Origin: a virus
Length of the DNA stretch: 64,000 nt
Direction: 5' to 3' (one strand)
Virus record (IMG/VR): IMGVR_UViG_3300032285_001029
Coordinates: 32,001-96,000 of that record
In this document: positions 29,201 through 38,000 of the stretch, one piece after another
Numbering within the stretch: the stretch's first letter is position 1
Layout of the letters: each line of letters starts with the position of its first letter
Notes under the pieces: model-generated
Seen by the model: only the letters and a program-made list of their open reading frames with translations
Told to the model about the DNA's origin: nothing
The model's database searches: none
Translations under genes and position numbers: made by a program

Positions 29201-32032
29201 AGATTGAATGCGTGTTAACGAGGCCACAGTCTTTGCTTTATCATTAACTAATGCACTGTTTGCTGTTTTTGGTCGAACAACTGTGCTACGTAATTCGTCA
29301 CCAATAACTGCTGTATATGCTGGAACAACCACAGGAAGAACTTCATCATAAGTTCCAGTTTTAACAAATACCGATGTATTCGGTGTAGTTGCCGTAGGAA
29401 TTGCAGCCGTAGAACCTTTACTTAGCCCTGTTGTTACAATTGAGACTAACGATTGTGCTAATGTAGTTGATCCAGTTTCTGCTGTATAACTTGTATTAAT
29501 CTGTTGATATGCTGTATTACCTGCACTAACACCATTTAATGATTGATAATTTACTGGTGCAGTATTTGCAAGCACGTTACCAATAATTATTGATAGATAA
29601 TTTAATGCACCAATAAATTGTGTAACTTGATAACCAACATTGGTATTAACATACGTAGTTCCAGTTGAATCAAAATAAGCGATTGCTGCAGTTACAGTTT
29701 TATAGTTACCATTGTGTCCAATGTCCCAAATTACTGCATCAAGTACTAGTCCTGCATCTCTGGCTATTTCGTTACTTAATGATGTATAGAATGATACTGT
29801 TGCAGTACCAGTGCCGCCGGCTGTTACTGCTGACCCACCATAACTAGCTGCTACTGTAAAACTAGTATCTGGGGAAATTGTTTTTATATAATAAGTTACT
29901 GAATTACTAATAGGATTGCCATTGATTGTTAAACTACCAGTTTGTGAACTAAATCTTACTGGCATACCTACGTTAAGTCCTGCTGTGCTTGCTGTAGTAA
30001 ACGAACTACCACTAGTTCCTGTAACAGATGCTTTATATGTATACGTTACATAGTTATAAGTTTCCTGCATTAAAAACTGTTTATTAATTTTTAATAAAAA
30101 TTGTGCTTGAGGGTTTAAATAGCCATCTTCAACTTGTTTTAATGCATATTTTAATGTTGCCCATGGAACATCAATCGTTGCTCCATTAGTTGGATAAGGG
30201 CTATCTGTTCCGGTAGGGCCTACGAATACTACATCATTAATAAATCCATAATTACCCCATACTGGATATCCGTTAGATACACGTAAAATTTGACCATTTG
30301 TGCCTACTGGAAGTCTTGTAGGACCAGTTGGACCATAATACACCATATCGCCTTGTGTAGTTAAAGTCGATGTCTCTGCTCCTGCTGACAGTAGATTCCA
30401 ATAGAATCCTACAGTGTCATTATCTGGACGATTTGCAGTGATAGATAAGTGTGCTCGTTGACTTATGTAACTGTTAACACCAAATGTTGCAATATCGCCT
30501 TGAACATAGTTTATGCCAGTTGACCAAGTTGCACTGATACCACTGTAAGTAAACAAATTAACAGCACTACCTGATACAGAAGAAACTGTAATAGTAATAT
30601 CATTTGCAGGACTTAGGCCACCGACGTCTGTACCAAGAATCTTGATAATATCATTAGCTGAATAGTTAGATCCATTACTAGTTTTTGTTAATGTATATGT
30701 AGTTCCTGATCTTAATACAGTAAACTGAACACCACTAGCAGCGACGTTGCCTACAGTAACATTAGTAGTAGATACACCTGTGTATGTTTGAGGACTATTG
30801 ACCCACTGCAAACCAGAATTTAATCTTGCCCACACAGTGCTCTTAGGAGGAGCATACTGTGCATAAGTTGCAATTGTTTGCCCGCTTAATGTTGATGAAA
30901 TATCTAATACAGATCCGCCTATTGTTGTGCTTATCTGTATTGTTCCGGATCCAGAAGATCCTGTGACAGCAGTAATATAATAATTAGTTGATCCAGCTAC
31001 ACCAGCAAAACTTGATGCAAATTGTATCATCATGTCTGCTGCTAGTCCTGATACTTCACTAACTGTAATAGTGTCTGCAGATGAATTAGTCGCTGTTGCA
31101 GTTATACTATAAGCAGTTGAGTCTAATATAGAAACATAAGTGTAACCGTGTAAATTAACTACTTTTCCTACGGTATAACTAGTCTGTATGCTCCATTCAC
31201 CTGAATATAACAATCCTTGTGTTAATACAGCCCATTTACTTGTGTCTGTAGGCAGATAGTTTAGATTGTTACTTTTAGCAATGTAAGTATTTCCACCGTA
31301 TGTAACAACATCGCCTTGAATATAGTTCGATGAATTATTCCATTGATTTGCGTATTCAATACCATTAGTGAATATAGCAAACTTGGCTGCATCTATTGTT
31401 GTGCCGGTAGATGTATGATATGTTGTACAAATCCATAAATTCGCACCGTATTTGACAACATCATTGAGTCTATATCTAACCGATGATCCACTCCAAGCCC
31501 CAGCATAATAGACACCAGCATTAAAAACTGTCCAACTTCCTATATCGGATTCTAAACCCGATGCAATTGTTGCAGCAGAAGTATGATAAGTTGAGCAATA
31601 GTAACTGATACCACCGTAGGTTACTATATCTCCTAGATGATAAATGGTGCTTGGTTGCCAATCTCCGGTGTTATAAAATCCTTCTACAAATGTATTCCAT
31701 TTATCTGAATCATCTTCTAGACCTAATGTAGTTGTTGTAGCCGAAGTATGAGCGGTATTACAATAATAAATTATACCGTCATTTTTGACTATATCACCAA
31801 AGTTATATAGTGTTGTAGGTGTCCAATCGCCCCGCCATTGAATACCATCCGAAATAATGCTCCATTTATTAAGATTGAAATCAGTAATGAACAATCCCGC
31901 AGCAACATGACTAATTCTACAAATATAAGTCTTGCCGCCATTAGTAACAACATCATCTACAAGATATTGATTACTTGCAGTCCAATTTCCTTGATATACA
32001 AACTTAATTCTACCTAATAAAAACTCTGCCAT
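23276..32032 (-). CDS. Giant modular virion fibre/adhesin protein (2918 aa), paralog A
   Basis: N-terminal GxW...Y..GD(V/I)V.YGG..Y.C...H repeats (CBM5/12-like), a beta-helix-like core (IGDELRSTVV, NGNSSYG), W..(V/I).(Y/F)GNG.FVA propeller-like repeats and six copies of a TTYYV module; TAAATA at 32056-32061. Confidence 0.8.
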   Translation of the reverse strand: MAEFLLGRIKFVYQGNWTASNQYLVDDVVTNGGKTYICRISHVAAGLFITDFNLNKWSIISDGIQWRGDWTPTTLYNFGDIVKNDGIIYYCNTAHTSATTTTLGLEDDSDKWNTFVEGFYNTGDWQPSTIYHLGDIVTYGGISYYCSTYHTSAATIASGLESDIGSWTVFNAGVYYAGAWSGSSVRYRLNDVVKYGANLWICTTYHTSTGTTIDAAKFAIFTNGIEYANQWNNSSNYIQGDVVTYGGNTYIAKSNNLNYLPTDTSKWAVLTQGLLYSGEWSIQTSYTVGKVVNLHGYTYVSILDSTAYSITATATNSSADTITVSEVSGLAADMMIQFASSFAGVAGSTNYYITAVTGSSGSGTIQISTTIGGSVLDISSTLSGQTIATYAQYAPPKSTVWARLNSGLQWVNSPQTYTGVSTTNVTVGNVAASGVQFTVLRSGTTYTLTKTSNGSNYSANDIIKILGTDVGGLSPANDITITVSSVSGSAVNLFTYSGISATWSTGINYVQGDIATFGVNSYISQRAHLSITANRPDNDTVGFYWNLLSAGAETSTLTTQGDMVYYGPTGPTRLPVGTNGQILRVSNGYPVWGNYGFINDVVFVGPTGTDSPYPTNGATIDVPWATLKYALKQVEDGYLNPQAQFLLKINKQFLMQETYNYVTYTYKASVTGTSGSSFTTASTAGLNVGMPVRFSSQTGSLTINGNPISNSVTYYIKTISPDTSFTVAASYGGSAVTAGGTGTATVSFYTSLSNEIARDAGLVLDAVIWDIGHNGNYKTVTAAIAYFDSTGTTYVNTNVGYQVTQFIGALNYLSIIIGNVLANTAPVNYQSLNGVSAGNTAYQQINTSYTAETGSTTLAQSLVSIVTTGLSKGSTAAIPTATTPNTSVFVKTGTYDEVLPVVVPAYTAVIGDELRSTVVRPKTANSALVNDKAKTVASLTRIQSVLTNLISNSTVTPTTGNTQTQIKTLAAGDTGSYASPSFSASAVTAGSPGYITVADTSALTVGMPVVFSGTGTMATGAGITMGTTYYVKTIISSGTFSITTATPVADASTAVTLTSQTGGTLTVTYGYSAVASTVNNSTVMYNIVNSGLGSVPSLVMPWPVGYNTSSVTNTAYTTTGNATGVSTGYGYGAQQVIQNYNFLQANCDQYLSNNYSTIRTALTSTNVKAMVGRVLDGIVYDMIYGGNSQSNIAGSEYYSYTVFTIQVTSQTAAQCKTAMAAMYNELKSEISTVITKGSVSAPAGQVTYTQVTGGTAGSANAASFAQDRVTNVVNWINNGTADTAVAFYSAGATTLLNTAYAAVVERLSEIQSDGVVWVQKYYPSLSFNSATCSRDVGYIATAIANDLTYSSNAASAIAARRYYAYSVGFTNTSAQTVISSQKTAELGMINFLLNKIKPIAGVGAVARASSIIDDIIYYANGTQFISGQNVQYAGTLTYSTSLSTTKGAEIIRANKEFLAYEASAYITQSYGGTVSSLAITNNLINTSSAHNFVAGDPVVFTGTSAGGITTGTTYYVLAANLASTAFSVTATQGSTTAVTITSNVSSPSLTVRYSFSGTTCRQYIRDWVDAIVYDMQYPGNYRSLRTADLYLNDINGSLLSNMFLLRNATGLRNMTLSGLTGSLSAANSYGTKRPTAGAYASLDPGFGPNDSNAWIYARSPYAQNLSVFGTGCIGQKIDGALHAGGNRSIVSNDYTTIISDGIGIWCTGHNSLVEAVSVFSYYNYAGYLAELGGRIRATNGNSSYGTYGVIAEGVDSTETPIYATLNNHASQAYITNVFTDGSNKVLRLEYQNAGTNYSNAAYTISGTGYNAAAIGDEFRDNAVFETRLTDNGDATTTSVGGTSYVTAASTAQTGDRVSITVSAADTSLSTAYVGMRINITAGTGVGQTAAILTYSNGSKVATVYKESFTTLTITATTQGSPSTVTVASTATLYVTMPFYVATTVGGLTAGVVYYVQAIASATTFNVSATSGGAALTTAITTTTAQSVTFYAAGWDHVVPGTTISATLDLTTTYLIEPRITYTGPGFTSTALTVPSAAYTDVTFGAGAYVAINTSGTVTAYSTNGTSWGSAGAVTNTTWMGIQYGGGEGATATAVVGGLGGSGAVLTAVLGSGATAGQVVSVTVVNGGAGYTTSPSIAFTAVSGGSGATATAVVLNGAITQVTVTVGGSSYGVAPTVAARTDIITSITVNTYGKNYTTAPTVTVSGGGSSNQATATATLSNNGVASIAVGNNGGTGYTSQPTVTIVDTNAKFIAVPASGGAAASYQTLANLGSSWSTGSGNVPAGTYADITFGVQGGGPVWMAVGGAGTASITANGNTWTTTAITSLGAGTWSGVAFGNSIFVAVATGSQTTAVYTAGVWAAGGNMPTSTTWTSIAYGNGRFVALAASGAVAYSIDGAGATWTAAPSCSGATTSILSSSLTWTRVAYGQGLFIAIAQGTSTCATSPDGINWTLRTLSGSINWKGIVFGSISNYPMWASVANTSGTAATSIFTGATAQGRMKAASGAITEIRMIEPGSGYPYGSITATTTSTNVITTSSTRNLADSQPIEFTGLDSYGLITNTTYYVIGSTIVTNTSFKVSATAGSATAVSLSTGTGLTASYRAGPIITQTDPNKVKTASTRVRMGVGALANPTFSNRGTANTAAVASVSGDGYSDLYQPSTFISISGLYSQPTAGANVQFASIPNTWFKLVSVTNLLGSLGNYTATFQINPSLSVANAPAHGDTITTRLKYSQVRLTGHDFLYIGTGNQVTTNYPNVDTTTAITANQTYANVGGRVFFTSTDQDGNFNVGNLFGVQQATGTATLNASAFNLSGLQSLQLGSVSVGVASAVITQFSTDPYFTANSDNIVPTQKAIKSYITSQIGGGQSQLNVNTLTAGVIYVAGNTISTTSGGQIKVTAKMNFTGGIDGAPVAMGFFMQR
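26775..26839. repeat. 65-nt dispersed repeat, copy 1 (copy 2 at 37470-37534)
   Basis: 64/65 nt identical; encodes GGRIRATNGNSSYGTYGVIAEG. Confidence 0.9.
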
Positions 32033-32083
32033 TTTATTTTATTCCTTTGATTTAATATTTACCGTAAATCACTTTTTTTGTTT

Positions 32084-35000
32084 TTAACGATGGAACCAGT
32101 GCTTAGTAAAATATAGCCACGATGATTCATTACCGTCTACTCCTCCAGCTGCTCCTTCAATTGACACTTTATTGGCCATTTTTACCGAACTTCCTGGAAT
32201 TCCTTGTGTAACTGTGCTGGTTATAAGATTCTGACCGCCTAATACCACAGTACCTGCGCTTACTTGATTAGTCACCACATTCGATCCGCCTTGACTTAAT
32301 CTATTAGCAATATATGTTCTAATAGCCTTTTGAGTGACAATAACACTGTCACTATTAGCAATTAAGGTAGGATCAGTGCTAATTTGGCTGATAACTACAC
32401 TTTGACTACCTACTGCAATACCGCCTAATGTTAACGATGTTAAACCAGTTAAACCAAATTGGCTGGCACTTAGTGTTACAATACCCGTAGCCTGTTGTAC
32501 TCCAAAGAAACTACCAACTTTGAAGTTACCATCTTGGTCTGTACTAGTGTAAAACACTCGTCCATAATTTATTTCAACCGTTTGATTCTGTGCTTGCAAA
32601 CTAGTGTCAGCTGGAACATCTGGGTAGCCTGATTGGTATTGATCGCCATACCCTATGTTTAAGAAATCATGTCCAGTTAAGCGAACTTGACTATACTTCT
32701 GTCTAATTACTACACTAATAGCATTTGTAGGAGCTAATGCTGTACTTAATGCTGGATTCAAACCAATTATAGCGGTAACATTCGGTGCTGTACTGTTATT
32801 TAAAACAGTAACACTAGTAATTTTATAAATGTTACTGTTACCATTAATAACTAAATCACTACCAACGGATGGCTGGTACGTCATATTTGATAATATTAAG
32901 TTATAGGAATTTTGATAATCTTCGGAATAGCCAGCACCTGAAGTTGTTATAGTTGTAGTGTTTACATTATAACCTACACCTCTGCTTAAGAATATTGGAT
33001 TTGCTAATGAGCCGTTGCCAATAAGCTGAGATGTCACTGCACTCTGTGTAGAGTTTGTATCATATAATGTTAGAGTTGGGGCTGAAGTATAACCTGATCC
33101 TGGTTCCCATGAGGTAAATCCTGTTACAATACCACTTGTTATTGTTGGTCTAGATTTAGGTTTTGCTCCTGCACTGATGTTAGTTACATAATTGTTGCCA
33201 CCTACTGTAACAAATAATCCAGTATATGAATCGTGACCTAACGTGTATGTCATTACAGGAGTTAAAATTGCTGTAGTTCCTGATAAACTATCAGTTACAA
33301 CAATAGTTGGAGTTTCTGTATATCCAACTCCAGCACCTGTTAATGAGAATCCGCTAACCTGACCGCTTGGATTAATAGTTACCGTAGCCGTTGCCTGTTG
33401 TGTTACAAAAGGACCTCCTCCTGTAAATCTCAATGTAGGTGCTACACTATAGCCCGATCCTGAACTGGTTATAGTTATACCTGTTACAGTTCCATAGTTA
33501 ACTGCAGTGTAACCAAACGCCATTGCAGTATAAGTAAACCCAGTTACAGATCTTTGTTTCCATACAATACCGTCTTCGGTGGTATATGCTAAAATATTTG
33601 CATCACGGATTGCAACAAATACACCTTGCCCGTATTCGATGCTAGTTGCCCTGACAACATACGGTGATTGGACCCATGTAATTCCATCTAAGCTATATGC
33701 AGGTTTTGCATTTGCACCTGATGATACAGCAACAAATCTGCCATTACCATAAGACACACTAGACCAAGTTGTGCTAGATGGTAAACCATTACTAGCGACC
33801 CACGTTTGTCCATCTGTACTATATGCCGATGTTGTTCCACCTGATGCAATAGCTACAAAAGTACCTGCGCCAAACGCTAAACTAGTCCAAGTTGTGCTAG
33901 ATGGTAAACTAGCAGCAGACCAAGATTGACCAAAGTTAGTGCTGTATGCAGCTTTATTACTTGACGCAGCATTATCGATTACAACAAACACACCATTACC
34001 ATATTCTACACTGCCCCAAGTTGCTTGACTAGGTAGTGTAGTTTGTCTCCAACTATCTGTTGGTAATGTTGTATAAAGAGCGGTTGAATTTCCTACACCA
34101 CCACTACTTACTAATACCCAATAACCATTGCCGTAGGCTATTCCAGTCCATGTTGCCACTACTGGAAGAGTGATTGACGACCATGTTTCTGCATCTGTTG
34201 AACCAACCAAGTAGCCTATGCCACTCGGAACACCAATCCAATAACCGTCTCCATATCCAATAGCTGTCATCCCAGCACCTTGTGTTGGAAAACTAGGCAG
34301 TGTCTGTGAGAACGAAGGAGCAGAATAAATCGGTCTTGGTTCAACGTAATACGTTGTGGTAGTGTCTAATAACGTAGCAGCAGTGGTTCCTGGAGTAATA
34401 TGATCCCACCCTGATACAACCATCTGCATACTATCGCCGGATGTCCCTACTGAAACTGCCGTTGATCCGCCTGCCGTTGATGCTAGTGTAATTGTGTTTG
34501 TTCCACCTAATGTAACAGTCTTAATATAATAAGTAGTGCCTGCCGTAATACCGGATATGTAGGATGAATTAAACAATGCTGTAGCAGATCCTTTCGATGA
34601 CACTAACAACGTCTTATTAGGAGTTGTAGTAACAGTCATCGATCCACTGCCTGTAGTTAATGTCAAATCACTACCAGTAGTTTCGACATTTAGATAACCA
34701 GTTGCTGTTGATAACGTAGCTACTGTACCTGTAGTAACTGTTTTTCCTGTCAATGTTCCTGAAGTTTGTGTTGTTAAAGTTACATCGGAACCTGTAGTGT
34801 TTACGGTTACTATAGAACTAGTATTTGCAGTGACTAATGGTAAATCACCGCCGCCTGATGTAGCACTAATCTTGATTGTAGTCGGAGTTAGTATAGCAGA
34901 AATATAGTATACAGTTCCCGAAACAATGTTACCAACAGTTTCACCGTAGAATATAATAGGATTGTTTAGTACAAAATTCAAGGAAGACAGGACAGTGATT

Positions 35001-38000
35001 ATATTAGTACCAGAAGTTGTACCAGTCATTTGTGTTGATAAAATACTTGTACTAACTGTAAATGTTGATCCTGAAGGAATCTTACTTATGTAATACTGTG
35101 TAGTTGTTGACAATCCACTACCTACTAATCCTGTACCACTAAATGTGATAGGATACAAAGGAACTAAACTAGTAGTTGTACTAGTAATATAGTTTGTTGT
35201 ACTAGCGGTTGCAGTACAAGTAATATTTAATATGGCGCTACTTGTTGCAACTTGGAATTGGGTAGAGTTAGGAATGTTAGACACATAATAAATTGTATCT
35301 ACAGATAGACCTCCCATTGTAATTCCTACAAACTTCACAGGATTACCTATAACAAATCCGCTAGTTGATGTACATGTAATTAAGTTTGCACCTACTAGTG
35401 TTGCTGAGGCTATTGTCTGATTTAATGTATTACTAATTGTAATATGTGAACTGTCAGGAATCAAACTAATATAATATTTTGTGTTTAATTGTAAGCCGCC
35501 TATCGCAGTACCTGTAAAAATAATCGGAAATAACGAAACTATGCCAGCTGTCGTTGTTACCGTTAACTGATTACTTACGGCAGTTGTTGCCGAAGCTGTA
35601 GTAGTTGTTGTACCTGACGATATTGTAAAATAATGACTATCCTTTATGTCATTAACATAATAAATTGTTCCTGCGCTAGTTCCGCCTAACGCTGCACCTG
35701 TAAACTGAATTTGCATGTTAGGTTTCATGTATGTCGTAGAATCTGCATACATGTAGCTAGTCCCGGAAACTACATTCATTATCATACTGCCAGTGCCTGT
35801 GACTAAAAATACAGGAGTTCCGTATATCGATGTCGAAACTTGGAAAGTATTTCCTGATATGTTTGTAATATAATAGGTAAAATTGTTAATAACACCGCCA
35901 TACAGTCCGCTATATTCGAACGTGACTGGCATGTTTTGATACAACTGAGTGATATTAGTAGTTGTCATTGTGTTAGTCTGACCACCCGTAACCGAAGTAA
36001 TTACAACGGTTGCTTTGGAAGTAGACGTAACTGTTGCTGAATATACTGTTGGATAGAATGATACCGGCATGTCTGTATACAACAGATTAGTATCAGCCGA
36101 ACTATCTAAATATAATTCATTTGTTGACGATGTGCTACCAGTAATTTTTACTGGATCATATGATTCTTTAGCGACGTAAGCATATCCATTCACATCATCG
36201 TAATAGGAAATTAGTCCGTATTGACCTACTCCTGTACCACTAGTTAAAAATACTCGCAAACCTAAATATGTGCTACTTGCAGCCGTTTCCGATCCGGCCA
36301 ACGTGACATACGATGTGTTTCCGCCTTGTGCATTGTTGCTGCTAGTTTTGTAACCGGCACCACCAACTTGATCTCCTGTACCTGGATCAATAATTCTACT
36401 TTGATAAACTGCACCTGATCTAATTTCATTAGCAACACTTGATACACCGCTACCTGATCCTGTTACTAGAAAGTCTGCGTATGCGCTGTATTTTTGAGTA
36501 TCAGTGCGTAGATAAAACTTAGGTGTTGTTTGATACGGATTATGTTCAATTTGTGGACCATACACATAGTTATATGCAGATACTGCAGTTGCATATCCTG
36601 CAACATAGACGTAGAAGGTACATAAATTATTAAGACCTGATACATCGTAAGTGGTGAAGTAAAGTCTATTCCAACTGTTATTACCTTTAATAATCCCAAC
36701 ATTTAACGGAGTTATTGCACCGGTTAAGGTAGTTGTATAAGTTAAAGCACTTAGATTGTAATCAATTCTTGTTGTGTTAGAACTTACTCCGCTGAATACA
36801 GTTGACAAAGAAACTGTTGATGCTGTACCGGCTTTAACATAAACACTAAATGTGTATTTTTGTTTAACTGTGTTTGGAACTGTCCCTGTTGCACTAGCAA
36901 CTGTAATTGCTCCTGAAACTGCAGTATCTACGTTAATTGTAATATCATGCAGACCTAATAATCCGCCAACTGTATTACCACTAATTAATATCTTATCGCC
37001 AGTATTGTAACCTGAGCCGCCAACTGGACTTCCTGTAATTGCACTAACTACATACCCTGCTGCTGTTACAGAGATAGTAAACGTAGCACCATTGCCTGTA
37101 CCAATAATATTAGAACCACTACGCCCTGTATAAACGTTACCTGAAGGAGTAATGTTGATTGCTTGGTAAATTGATCCAGAGTTGGCTGCTACATTAGTTT
37201 TGGTCAATTGCCATGCATATAGTCCACCAAATGGATCTGTACTATTTTGTAAGTATGTTACATATGAATCGTCGGCCCAACCAGTTGATGTTAAATTGTT
37301 ACTGTTCTTTAATAGATTAAGTACTTGCTGATTGTAAAACTTACCGTTGTTAGAAAACTGATATTTTAAAACTTGAGCACTTAGCCCTTGTACTGTTTGT
37401 AAAGTTGGAGTAACACCGTAGTATCTATTATACGTCACAGCAGTAATTGGTGTTTCGTTAACGTCAAATCCTTCGGCGATAACACCATATGTACCATATG
37501 AGCTGTTACCATTAGTAGCACGAATACGTCCACCATTTTCTGCAAAATAACCAGCATAACCAAAGTAACTGAAAATACTAACAAGTTCAGTTAATGCACC
37601 GGTATTAGTACACCATGCACCGATACCATCATTTATAATATGAGTATAGTCGTTAGCAACAATAGATTTATTACCGCCGTTATGTAAACTACCATCAATT
37701 TTTAATCCTGTGCATCCTTGACCAAATGAACTTACATTTTGAATGTAAGGAGATTTATAAGAGATCCATACAGTAGTATCAGCTGGTCCTGTTCCTGGAT
37801 CTAAACTTACAAATGCACCGCCAGTTGGACGTTGTGTGCCTAACGAGTTAGTAGTTCCTAACGTGCCTAGTAATCCAGACATTGTCATGTTGCGAATGCC
37901 GCTGCCATTTCTCACATAAAACATATTTGAAATAGCATCGCCGCCTATGACTTGAATAAGTCCACTGCCGCCGAGTAATGTCGATGCTGAACCATTTGGG

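Noticed and set aside
33758-33910. Short direct repeat CCAAGTTGTGCTAGATGGTAAAC, two copies
   Set aside because: Internal protein repeat (LPSSTTW) in the propeller-like region. Two coding copies do not make a CRISPR array.
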